A stretch of DNA of 64,000 nucleotides from a virus (Duplodnaviria; Caudoviricetes). The translations under genes and the position numbers were made by a program. Positions 48,904 through 57,428 of the stretch are shown here, piece after piece. The notes beneath the pieces were generated by a model. The model was not told the DNA's origin. It did not search any database and saw nothing but the letters and a program-made list of their open reading frames with translations. The stretch covers positions 4,390-68,389 of the IMG/VR virus record IMGVR_UViG_2974622993_000001; one strand, 5' to 3'. Every line of letters begins with the position of its first letter. Within the stretch, counting starts at the first letter, position 1.

Positions 48904-49214
48904 CTAACATTTACGAAGACGCTGCTGACCTGATTGAAAAGGGTTGGTGCCAATACTCTTTCGGGGATGATGATGGTGGATACTGCACGGTAGGTGCTGT
49001 CAATAAAACCATTTCCGACAGTGCTATTTCCTGCTCACCTGTCAGAGTAATTGAAATGGCTAAGGGTTTAAGGGAATTCGATCCATCTCTACGGGAGTAT
49101 GACCCCGGTGATGAATTTTCCTTCGTGACCAATTGGAACGATGACCCTACTCGTGACCGTCAAGAGGTTCTAGACTTTCTCCGATTCATGGGAAAGAAAG
49201 AGGCAGACAAGTAA
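48900..49214 (+). CDS. DUF6197-like phage protein (paralog)
   Basis: AADLIEKGWCQ..YCTVGAV..WNDDP.R..QEV. Confidence 0.65.
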   Translation: MTNIYEDAADLIEKGWCQYSFGDDDGGYCTVGAVNKTISDSAISCSPVRVIEMAKGLREFDPSLREYDPGDEFSFVTNWNDDPTRDRQEVLDFLRFMGKKEADK

Positions 49215-49627
49215 CAGCAAAAGTCAAGCGCTGCAAGGATTGTCTAGCTCACGCTGAACAAACAGGCGAACCTGCACCCAATAGACCAGCACCTAAGCCC
49301 GGTCCACGTTGCGTATCCCATTGGCGCGCAATAGAAAAGGAACGGAAAGAACGTGCATGGTCCGGGAAAATCCTTGCGACATATGGCATTACAGGTGAAC
49401 AGTATTACGCCATACTCGTGGCCCAAGGCGGCAAGTGTGCTATCTGCCAAAGAGCAATTGGCAAGCGGCGCAAGCTAGCTGTAGACCATGATCACGATAC
49501 AGGAGAGGTACGCGGAATCCTTTGTCAGCCTTGTAATTTCACTGTTCTAGGGAGGTACGATAAGGAAGCCTTACAGCGCGCTATTGACTATCTCGAAAAC
49601 CCACCTGCCAGAAAGGTATTGAAATGA
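49211..49627 (+). CDS. endonuclease VII-family nuclease, apparent GTA start
   Basis: KRCKDC, YGIT.EQY..I..AQGGKCAIC, LAVDHDH.TG.VRGILC..CN. Confidence 0.85.
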   Translation, partial: VTAKVKRCKDCLAHAEQTGEPAPNRPAPKPGPRCVSHWRAIEKERKERAWSGKILATYGITGEQYYAILVAQGGKCAICQRAIGKRRKLAVDHDHDTGEVRGILCQPCNFTVLGRYDKEALQRAIDYLENPPARKVLK

Positions 49628-49836
49628 AAACGTATTACGGAATCCTGAAAGATGGTGAACTGCTTAGGCGTTCGTATAATGCCAAGTCCACCATTCGATT
49701 CTATGACCGGCATTCGGACGCAAAGCGTCAGTGTCGAAAGTTAGAGGGCGATGGAATCCTAACTGTCCGAACCACTTTCGCACAGGGTAGTTACGAGACC
49801 GATTCCTATTACACTCCGATTGAGGAACTGTCATGA
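49624..49836 (+). CDS. hypothetical protein
   Basis: ATGA coupling. Confidence 0.6.
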   Translation: MKTYYGILKDGELLRRSYNAKSTIRFYDRHSDAKRQCRKLEGDGILTVRTTFAQGSYETDSYYTPIEELS

Positions 49837-50003
49837 CCAGATGTTCTGAGTGCGGGCAATCCTATGATTGTTCTATCGGAATTGCAGTAACCTCACACCA
49901 GGGTCCCAATTCTTGCCGATTGGTTTTCTGTAGTAGCAACTGCATTCGACTCTATTTGGAGCACAGCACATTTGAGGTGATGCCACTTGCGAGCAACCAT
50001 TAA
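49833..50003 (+). CDS. small Cys-rich protein
   Basis: MTRCSECG..FCSSNC; ATGA coupling; not in the ORF track. Confidence 0.5.
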   Translation: MTRCSECGQSYDCSIGIAVTSHQGPNSCRLVFCSSNCIRLYLEHSTFEVMPLASNH

Positions 50004-50184
50004 TGCCCCGGGATTCGATTTCGCTGACACACTACGAAAGCATTGGGCTAAGTTCGGAACAGGAACGTACCCTTTGGTTTTCCGTGATGACAACGGAAAC
50101 ACTTACGAGGCAACAGAAATCATAACTGAAAACAAGACAACCGTTGTCCAGCTACGGACAGTCCAGGAAGGCCATGAATCATGA
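49987..50184 (+). CDS. hypothetical protein
   Basis: GAGGTG SD before TTG. Confidence 0.55.
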   Translation: MRATINAPGFDFADTLRKHWAKFGTGTYPLVFRDDNGNTYEATEIITENKTTVVQLRTVQEGHES

Positions 50185-50662
50185 GATGGCAACCGAATTG
50201 CTTAAAATGGTTGCAGCACAACGAGTCCTATATGAACGTCCCAGCATTTACGACCTGATTGCCGCAACCCCCGAGATTGTTCTATTGTTAAGGCGCAGAG
50301 CAACAATCAAAACCAAGAGCAACGATGATGTTGTGTCGCACAGTGAGACAGGATCAGCGCCACCCATGAACTTGGGCCTCATCGCACAGGCTGACAGGGA
50401 GGCAGCATTACTAGCCCATTGGGCGAAAAGACTTGGCCTTCAAACAGATTCATTTTCGGCGTACAGGGTACAGGGAGAGATTAGAGGGGTAAACCTAGCA
50501 GGATCACCAAGGCTCTTGCTGACAGCGGTGGATTTCCTTATGGCACATGACTTTCCAGATGAGGCAATCGAAGGCCCACAAGGGATTTGGTCCCTACGTA
50601 AACAGACATTCAATATAGCGCCCGATGTGGGCGTACGATTCTTGACGAAAGGGAATAAATGA
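50174..50662 (+). CDS. hypothetical protein
   Basis: SAPP.NL motif; coupled. Confidence 0.65.
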   Translation: MNHEMATELLKMVAAQRVLYERPSIYDLIAATPEIVLLLRRRATIKTKSNDDVVSHSETGSAPPMNLGLIAQADREAALLAHWAKRLGLQTDSFSAYRVQGEIRGVNLAGSPRLLLTAVDFLMAHDFPDEAIEGPQGIWSLRKQTFNIAPDVGVRFLTKGNK

Positions 50663-51270
50663 CAGAGCTTTTGGTTGAGCTTGGCGAAGTGCAGAGAGAG
50701 CTACGGGTTCCGAAGAATCATCGAAACAATTTCGGTGGATACAACTATCGTAGCGCTGAGGATATTCTTCTAGCGGCTAAGCCCCTGTGCCTGGATCATG
50801 GTCTGTTGCTTACGGTTTCAGATGAGGTTGTTGAAAGAGCGGGCAAGGCTTACGTAAAGGCTTATGCTACAGTAACTTTGATTGACGGTGAGGATCAGAC
50901 TTTCACCTGTCAGGGATTCGCTCGTGAATCTCAGGAGAAAAAGGGTATGGACGATGCCCAAATGACTGGCAGCGCAAGCTCTTACGCACGCAAGTATGCG
51001 CTTAATGGTCTGTTTGCTCTCGATGATGTCAAGGACCCTGATTCAAACGAAGAGGGCAGGGTTATTGGTCGCGATGCTGCAAAGAAGCCCGATGAAAAGG
51101 CTGAGCTTCTAGCTAAGATTAAGGTAGAAGCCAAGGCGCAGAACATGACTCGCGAAGATGTTCACAGTATGCTCAGTGTGGATTCTCTGAATTCCCTTGG
51201 CATTGACGAACTTACAAGAGGCTTGGCGCAGATTCAGGCCACAAAGGTTAGCAATGCCGAAAACAACTGA
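50659..51270 (+). CDS. erf: ERF-family ssDNA-annealing recombinase
   Basis: PK...N.FGGYNYRSAEDIL, QMTGSASSYARKYALNGLF..DD. Confidence 0.92.
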   Translation: MTELLVELGEVQRELRVPKNHRNNFGGYNYRSAEDILLAAKPLCLDHGLLLTVSDEVVERAGKAYVKAYATVTLIDGEDQTFTCQGFARESQEKKGMDDAQMTGSASSYARKYALNGLFALDDVKDPDSNEEGRVIGRDAAKKPDEKAELLAKIKVEAKAQNMTREDVHSMLSVDSLNSLGIDELTRGLAQIQATKVSNAENN

Positions 51271-51472
51271 AAAGATTACTCGATTCATTTGTGATCGATG
51301 TTGCTATGACACTTACGAAACCCCTTTAAGCTCAGCCGATTTGAAGCTTGATGATTCTTCCATGACAGAGGATGGCGTTTGGCTTGGTGGGCTTAATGAA
51401 TACTGGTTGTGCGGAGCGTGTTTACAGGAATTCTATTCCTGGATGGAGGCATATGAGACAGAAGCCGAATGA
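51254..51472 (+). CDS. Zn-binding hypothetical protein
   Basis: CDRC...LCGAC. Confidence 0.6.
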   Translation: MPKTTEKITRFICDRCCYDTYETPLSSADLKLDDSSMTEDGVWLGGLNEYWLCGACLQEFYSWMEAYETEAE

Positions 51473-51479
51473 ACAGTGC

Positions 51480-51728
51480 GTGGATGACGAAGAATTAGAA
51501 TGGCTTGATTCCCTGCCGATTGGTACGGTAGTACGGAATGGGAGCAATAACCCTAATTACTTTGTGAAAATCCAAGAGGGTTGGTGGTCCCCTTGTTATT
51601 GGACTGGTAAGCCCTACAGTGATAGGGGGCCTGACGAATGGCTAGACAATCCGCTATGGTTGGGACCACACCCAACTGACCACCTGCACAAGGGTTTTGA
51701 GATTCATCGAGAGAAAGGAATAGAGTAA
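51480..51728 (+). CDS. hypothetical protein
   Basis: LDSLPIGTVV motif; start uncertain. Confidence 0.55.
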   Translation: MDDEELEWLDSLPIGTVVRNGSNNPNYFVKIQEGWWSPCYWTGKPYSDRGPDEWLDNPLWLGPHPTDHLHKGFEIHREKGIE

Positions 51729-52018
51729 TGGTTGAATTTCGTGGATGGACCGACATTGAGGAAATCCCCTCTGGTGTCCCATTCGAGGATAATGATGACG
51801 GTATTTATGTTTGGGATAGTGACCGGCAGCTTAGGGAAGTAACTAAGGTTCCGGTTCAGTGGGAATACAAACTAGGTAACCCGCTTTACCAGGATGTTGA
51901 TAAAGATTGTCCTGAACAGTTCTTTTATAATAAGAAGAATGCCGAGGATACTGACAGTTACAAGTATTCGGACCGTGATATCTATGGACCGTTCCGTCAG
52001 TCTGAGACTAGTCTCTAA
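51728..52018 (+). CDS. hypothetical protein
   Basis: TAATG coupling. Confidence 0.6.
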   Translation: MVEFRGWTDIEEIPSGVPFEDNDDGIYVWDSDRQLREVTKVPVQWEYKLGNPLYQDVDKDCPEQFFYNKKNAEDTDSYKYSDRDIYGPFRQSETSL

Positions 52019-52023
52019 ATGCC

Positions 52024-52392
52024 GTGTGGCTCAATGAAAGTGAGGCAATGCGTCTCACTGGAAGGAGTGCAAGAACCCTAAGACGTTGGCGCTCAAAGGG
52101 TTTCGTTAGTACCATCAGGGCAGATGGAATCTTTCTCTTTGATTCGGATTCGCTTCTAGCGCGCAAGGCGTATGCGGAAGAAAACAGAACAGGAAATCTT
52201 CCAATGAATGCGAAAGACAAAGCGCAGGAAGACATTACGGAAATTTATCTAAGGTTCCGTGAGGAGAATGGCAGAGCGCCTACGGTGGAAGAACTTTGGA
52301 ATGAGCTGCATCGTATTGACTATATCGATACAGAAAGGCTTGTGGAGCAAGGGAATTCGGGAACGGAGTCCATCTACGAGATTTTGGAGTAG
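52024..52392 (+). CDS. MerR/Xis-like HTH DNA-binding protein
   Basis: WLNESEAMRLTGRSARTLRRWRSKG. Confidence 0.75.
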   Translation: MWLNESEAMRLTGRSARTLRRWRSKGFVSTIRADGIFLFDSDSLLARKAYAEENRTGNLPMNAKDKAQEDITEIYLRFREENGRAPTVEELWNELHRIDYIDTERLVEQGNSGTESIYEILE

Positions 52393-52585
52393 CCCAAATG
52401 GCCAGTCGACATGTTACGCTTGTCATATAAGAGGAACCAAAGAATTCCCTTATAGCCAAGTGAATATGACAACCTTGGGTAGACACTTCAAAGACGAACA
52501 GTGCCAACGAGTTTCAAATTCCACATACTTGGTGCCACCATCTCGCGGTGGGGTAAAAAATAGCGAGCACAATTGAATATAGAAA

Positions 52586-52630
52586 CCCCCCTAAGTGATT
52601 CTCCCCGTCTTGCTTAGGGGGGCTTTCTTT
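52586..52630 (+). terminator. intrinsic terminator
   Basis: CCCCCCTAAG/CTTAGGGGGG stem then CTTTCTTT. Confidence 0.7.
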
Positions 52631-52656
52631 GCGTCTAGAAGAAAGAGCAATCGCAA

Positions 52657-52896
52657 TTGGTCGTATACACCCAACCTGAATGTAGCTTCTGTGAACCTCT
52701 AAAACAGGGACTACGAAAGGCGGGTGCCAATTTCGAAGTTGTTGACATTTCCGAAGATTCGGCCGCGTACGAAGACCTCGTGCGAAGAGGCGTTAGTACA
52801 ACCCCAGTCATCAAAACGGATGAGGGAGAATACATTACGCGCCGCCATGAGATGATGGACCTGACTAACAAGATTAAGAAGGCTAACCGGAAATGA
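52657..52896 (+). CDS. nrdH: NrdH-like glutaredoxin
   Basis: VYTQPECSFC, VVDIS, STTPVI. Confidence 0.88.
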   Translation: MVVYTQPECSFCEPLKQGLRKAGANFEVVDISEDSAAYEDLVRRGVSTTPVIKTDEGEYITRRHEMMDLTNKIKKANRK

Positions 52897-53093
52897 ATTG
52901 TGTTGTGGGACTGTGGATTCAGCATGAGCTAGATGATGAGGATAGGGCACGCCTGAGTTATGTTCTAGAAGAGGAGCATAGGAGTATGGCATCCCTGTAT
53001 CGAATCATCATGCCGCTGTACAACTTTCCGTTTAGTCTCACAGCATTTAAAGACCATGTAAAGGGTAGGTGTAGCTGTGGGGAAACTGGCTGA
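52893..53093 (+). CDS. hypothetical protein
   Basis: C.VG.W...H..G.CSC pattern. Confidence 0.6.
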   Translation: MNCVVGLWIQHELDDEDRARLSYVLEEEHRSMASLYRIIMPLYNFPFSLTAFKDHVKGRCSCGETG

Positions 53094-54168
53094 TGCATTG
53101 CGTAGCAATGGAACTCAAACTCATCCACGGCGCTACTCCCATCGTCTGCGAATTCCTAACTACCCCAAGGACGTTCGCGGATACCTAGAATTCTTCGGGC
53201 ACAATCCAGATGAAACAGTTCTGGATGGCCCCATGACCATTCGACATTCTGAGCTATCTAGTGGTGACGTGGTAACCACTGTGTCCTACAAGCTATTTGA
53301 TTCGCCCCAGCCAATCGATCTAGACGAAATGGCTAGCCTCCTGCGCAAGCCGTATGCCGATCCCGCACTTGGTGATTGGGCTTTCGTCTTCCAGGCTTCC
53401 GATTTGCAGATTGGTAAGATTGCTTCGGGTGGCAGCACTCCCAATATCCTTGAAAAGTATTGGGAGAGTGTGCAATTGGCGGTTGAGCGATTCTATGAGC
53501 TGCAAGAGCTTGGGTATTCCATTGGGACTATTCAGCTTTCGTTCCCCGGCGACTGTATGGAAGGCGTTGTCTCCCAAGGCGGTAAGAACATCTGGCTAAC
53601 CCAGCAAACCATCACGGAACAGAACCGGATATTCCGCAGGCTACTCATTGAAACAGTGAATTACTTTGCGGGACTTGCCAATACACTGTACCTCGATGTG
53701 GTCAACGGCAACCATGATGAATCGACACGCACGTACAACTCTTACCCTGGCGATGGTTGGGCTACAGAGTGTGCTCTTGCCGTCTCAGATGCCTTGTCGC
53801 TGGCTGGAATTGAGAATGTGTATGTGAGGGTACCTGACCAGTGGCAGAGCCATATGACGGTTCCTGTGGGTAACTCGAATGTAGTTGTCGCACACGGTCA
53901 TCAGTGGCCTATCGGCAAAGCAATGGAATGGTGGAAAGAACAGGTCTTTGGTAACAACGGTCCAGAGTCTGCATACGTATTGCAGAATGGGCATTGGCAC
54001 ACTCCCCTAATTAAATTTGAAGGAGCCAGAACGCAAATCCAATCGGCAACCTTTGATGGTGGGTCAGATTGGTATCGCGACAAACATGGAACGGCAGCTA
54101 ATCAGAGACGCGGCGCTCTCACCTATCTGCTGAAAGACAATGTGCCGCAACAGATTACACTTGTCTAG
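53077..54168 (+). CDS. calcineurin-like metallophosphoesterase (Mre11/SbcD-like)
   Basis: SDLQIGK, GDCMEG, GNHDE, HGH, GHWH motifs. Confidence 0.85.
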   Translation: MGKLADALRSNGTQTHPRRYSHRLRIPNYPKDVRGYLEFFGHNPDETVLDGPMTIRHSELSSGDVVTTVSYKLFDSPQPIDLDEMASLLRKPYADPALGDWAFVFQASDLQIGKIASGGSTPNILEKYWESVQLAVERFYELQELGYSIGTIQLSFPGDCMEGVVSQGGKNIWLTQQTITEQNRIFRRLLIETVNYFAGLANTLYLDVVNGNHDESTRTYNSYPGDGWATECALAVSDALSLAGIENVYVRVPDQWQSHMTVPVGNSNVVVAHGHQWPIGKAMEWWKEQVFGNNGPESAYVLQNGHWHTPLIKFEGARTQIQSATFDGGSDWYRDKHGTAANQRRGALTYLLKDNVPQQITLV

Positions 54169-54181
54169 GGAGATTCCAGCC

Positions 54182-54481
54182 ATGGTCACCAAAGAGGAAA
54201 TCATTGCAGCCCACAAGAGGCTTGAAGAGGCTGTGGACGAATTGGTTCGTCTAGCTTCTCAGGCTGGTGATGGGGATCGTATTCCTTCAACAGTAGCGGG
54301 TTACATTCTCGCGGTTGATAATCGGTTCATTGATGAACAAGGATATTGTGATGGTTATATCTCTTACTATGACCCTCTGGCTGGACAACCCGAACACATT
54401 TCGCGAATGATTCTTCACGATGCCCTAGAGGTTGCGGAAATGCGACAGGCTATGAGGGTATCCGGAGATGACGACGATTGA
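54182..54481 (+). CDS. hypothetical protein
   Basis: GGGAG SD; ORF. Confidence 0.6.
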   Translation: MVTKEEIIAAHKRLEEAVDELVRLASQAGDGDRIPSTVAGYILAVDNRFIDEQGYCDGYISYYDPLAGQPEHISRMILHDALEVAEMRQAMRVSGDDDD

Positions 54482-54550
54482 TTTATACCTTGCCATTATT
54501 GATGGTGTGTTCCCGAAAGTGGTACTCCTACAATACAATCCGATGATGCA

Positions 54551-55891
54551 ATGGGTGGTAGCTTATCTATGATTGATCTATCAATCCTCGTGTGCTCTAC
54601 CCATACACGCTGGGATAACTTCGCGCAGAAGATTCAGGAACAATTGTGGGGGCAGTATAATCTGCTGACCCCGGAAGACCAAGAGCGCGTAGAGATTCTA
54701 ATTCTTACCGACAACAAAAAGATGATGCTTGGTGAGAAGCGTAATGTCATGGTGGACATGGCACAAGGGAAATACGTTGTCTTCGTTGACGACGATGACC
54801 GTATCGCAGAGGATTATATCTCAGAGCTACTGAGTGCCACCGAAAGTGGTTGCGATGTAATCACTTTCATGGCTATGGTCTCCCTGAATGGTGGGGCGTA
54901 CAAGCCTTGCCATTACTCTAAAGACGTTGAGATGGATTACAACGTTCCGGATGCCTACTACCGTATTCCCAATCACATTTGCTGTGTGAAACGTGAACTA
55001 GCACAACAGGTTTCGTTTCCCAACAAGCTTTACGGTGAAGACTCAGCCTATTCGAAACTGCTTCTGCCACTACTGAATACAGAGTATCGACTAGACAGGT
55101 ACCTGTACTTCTATGACTACAATTCGAAAACCACTGAGACACAACAGCATATGAATGGTCGAATCCGTAAGCGCCAGAACGTAGCACCCATTGTAGATGT
55201 GATTATTCTAAGTAATGCTCAATCGTCAATGCTAAAGCGTATGACGCAAGAGGCGATCGATACATGCCTTGCGGGTGCCAATTCACTACCCGTGAATATC
55301 ATTGTGGTAGAACAGAATACAAGAATCGAATACAAGAACGCTACGACACACCACTGTCCAGAATCTTTCCACTACAATTACTTTGCCAATGAGGGTGCGC
55401 TGCTGGGTAATTCAGAATGGATTATGGTATCGAATAATGATGTTGTGTTCCATGATGGATGGCTCCACGAACTACTCGCGGCCAATCACCCTGTAGTCTC
55501 CCCCATATCGCCGAAAGATGTTCGGCAGCAAGACATTACAGAGAACGAATTGGGTACGCAGGTTGGCCGTCACCTATCCGGCTGGTGCTTTATGATCAGT
55601 CGCGAAATGTGGTGCGCTATAGGCGGATTCGATGAGCGAGTGTCGTTCTGGGGCAGCGACGATGTGGTCGTAGAGCAGGTGCTACGAGAGGGCGTTAAGC
55701 CCATGGTGGTCGCGAATTCCGTTGTGGACCACCTAGGTTCGCAGACACTGAAAAGGCAAAGCAGCAACAAACAAAATGAACTGACGTGGGAGCAGCTAGA
55801 TATCCTAATTGATATTCTAGGGTCTCACCGTTTGCAGAATCATCCCGAATATGTCCGCTGGAAAAAATCTCGTGTGACTGTTGACCAGTGA
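54551..55891 (+). CDS. two-domain GT-A (family 2-like) glycosyltransferase
   Basis: LSILVCS..FVDDDD..GEDSAY and VDVII..VSNNDV..GGFDE..WGSDD. Confidence 0.88.
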   Translation: MGGSLSMIDLSILVCSTHTRWDNFAQKIQEQLWGQYNLLTPEDQERVEILILTDNKKMMLGEKRNVMVDMAQGKYVVFVDDDDRIAEDYISELLSATESGCDVITFMAMVSLNGGAYKPCHYSKDVEMDYNVPDAYYRIPNHICCVKRELAQQVSFPNKLYGEDSAYSKLLLPLLNTEYRLDRYLYFYDYNSKTTETQQHMNGRIRKRQNVAPIVDVIILSNAQSSMLKRMTQEAIDTCLAGANSLPVNIIVVEQNTRIEYKNATTHHCPESFHYNYFANEGALLGNSEWIMVSNNDVVFHDGWLHELLAANHPVVSPISPKDVRQQDITENELGTQVGRHLSGWCFMISREMWCAIGGFDERVSFWGSDDVVVEQVLREGVKPMVVANSVVDHLGSQTLKRQSSNKQNELTWEQLDILIDILGSHRLQNHPEYVRWKKSRVTVDQ

Positions 55892-55908
55892 GCGTCAGCG
55901 TGTATAGT
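55881..55908 (+). promoter_or_regulatory. SigA-type promoter for the protein-RNA-tRNA unit
   Basis: TTGACC(55881)-N16-TATAGT(55903). Confidence 0.6.
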
Positions 55909-56005
55909 CCTAGGTGTGTTCTGGTGAAGCGGACACGGACAGGGAAACCCCCCTTGCGGGAAACTTGGGGGGCTTCTCTCTGAACTTGAAAAGGGAAGGT
56001 ACACA

Positions 56006-56737
56006 ATGACTCTGCTCAATCAGATTATCGCCATCGACAAGGGTGAACGTTCCAAGGCTCGGAGTGTGGAAACCAAGGCGTACCAGACATTTGGGAAGTC
56101 TGGTCTCCTGCAAGGCATTTCGCGCACTTACCAGCCTCTCAATGAGGATGACGTTGAGCTTCCACCCGAGTCCACTAAGGTTCAGGTTAAGGTCCCGAGT
56201 GTCATCGATGACGTAAAGTCTGCTCTTGCAAGGGCTTTCGATGTTGTGTTGACCAAGGAAGTCGCCAATGGTTCTGCCGTTGCCGATATTAAGGTTGGCG
56301 ATGAGGTTGTCGCAACCGAGGTTCCGGTCACCTACCTCCTGTTCCTGGAAAAGGAATTGGAGAACCTGTTCACGTTCGCGAAAGCCATTCCGCGCCTTGA
56401 TCCTTCGGAAGATTGGACATACGACGAGAACGTCGGTGCCTACGCTTCTCAGGTAGTGCAGACCACGAGGACCCGTAAGGTTCCCCGCCACTACGAATTG
56501 TCCCCTGCCACAAAGGAACACAAGGCGCAGGTGGAGATGTACTACGAGGACAAGGTTGTTGGGACCTGGTCTACCCGAAAGTTCTCTGGCGCAATGCCTT
56601 CCGATGAAGTGGACGCAATTGTCCATCGAATTGAGGACTTGCAGCGCGCTGTGAAACAGGCTCGGGAGAAGGCGAATTCAACTGCCGTGCAGGACAAGCA
56701 CATTGGTGCTGACATTCTGAATTACGTGTTTGGGTGA
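56006..56737 (+). CDS. conserved uncharacterised protein (recalled as DUF7873-like, unverified), putative RNA-binding partner
   Basis: LNQIIAIDKG, GISRTYQP, LPPESTKVQ, VPVTYLLFLEK, LDPSEDW, YEDKVVG.W..KFSGA, AREKAN motifs. Confidence 0.8.
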   Translation: MTLLNQIIAIDKGERSKARSVETKAYQTFGKSGLLQGISRTYQPLNEDDVELPPESTKVQVKVPSVIDDVKSALARAFDVVLTKEVANGSAVADIKVGDEVVATEVPVTYLLFLEKELENLFTFAKAIPRLDPSEDWTYDENVGAYASQVVQTTRTRKVPRHYELSPATKEHKAQVEMYYEDKVVGTWSTRKFSGAMPSDEVDAIVHRIEDLQRAVKQAREKANSTAVQDKHIGADILNYVFG

Positions 56738-56742
56738 GTGAA

Positions 56743-56847
56743 ATGACTCAGAAGCGTAAGCATCCCAAGCCTAAGAAAAAGATTCGGAATCCCGACCGTC
56801 CGAACGGAAAGGCTTGGAAACAGGGACTTCCGCCTGATCAGCGGTAG
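56743..56847 (+). CDS. small basic peptide MTQKRKHPKPKKKIRNPDRPNGKAWKQGLPPDQR
   Basis: 34 codons directly after the 243-aa gene; weak SD. Confidence 0.4.
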   Translation: MTQKRKHPKPKKKIRNPDRPNGKAWKQGLPPDQR

Positions 56848-56848
56848 C

Positions 56849-56934
56849 GCGCAGCAGACGTGTTGTGCGGCAACGGCTTGGACTTGAAAGTGCTGGCAAT
56901 AGACCAAAGGGGTTCGATTCCCCTTCGTTGCACG
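56849..56934 (+). ncRNA. degenerate selC/class II tRNA-like element (UGA anticodon loop)
   Basis: Good T-arm AGGGG-TTCGATT-CCCCT, partial acceptor stem, G discriminator, CTTGAAA loop; anticodon stem broken. Confidence 0.4.
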
Positions 56935-57422
56935 AGGATACATGCAGCGTATCCTAGAAAGTGAAACTCAGATTAAATAACAGAATATGAAAAGTGAATG
57001 GACTCAGTGTGTTTGGTTCGAGTCCCACCGTGGCCACCACAAGGCCATGTAGCCCAATTGGAAGAGGCACCCGTTCACGAGATGAGACTATTGCTGCCAA
57101 TCTCATCACCCCGAATCCGACAAGGCAAATCGACTGTCGCGCATACACTTTGAATAATGCAGGTTCGAATCCTGCCCCGGGAACGAAAGCCTTTGTGCTG
57201 TAAGGCTTCTCACCACACAATCCCGGGTGGCTTAATGGCAGAGCGATTCACTGAAAGACTAAATGCGAGACTTATAAACGTGTTGCCTTGGACAGCAAGA
57301 GGATTCAATGTTGCTTAGGGAGCACCAACACTTGAAACTTGGACGCGCTCCCCAAACCACTGAACATGGTTTGATCCAAACATGACACAGGACCCCGGTA
57401 GACGGTTACTCTACCGGGGTCC
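56935..57422 (+). ncRNA. large structured ncRNA with two circularly permuted tRNA-like modules
   Basis: Module 1 at 57011-57068 and module 2 at 57159-57244, each T-arm, acceptor 3' strand, linker, acceptor 5' strand, D-arm; 13-bp closing hairpin at 57390-57422. Confidence 0.7.
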
Positions 57423-57428
57423 GCTTAA

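Noticed and set aside
52024-52392. Xis-like HTH as a sign of an integration module
   Set aside because: No integrase or att-like duplication recognised nearby
57043-57183. Reading D-arm 1 through T-arm 2 as a single intron-containing tRNA
   Set aside because: The 5' strand GGCCATG does not pair with CCCGGGA; each pairs instead with its permuted partner
56954-57220. ORFs 56954..57220(-), 56994..57203(+) and 56722..56943(-)
   Set aside because: No SD and atypical composition; they overlap the structured RNA and are better explained as shadow frames
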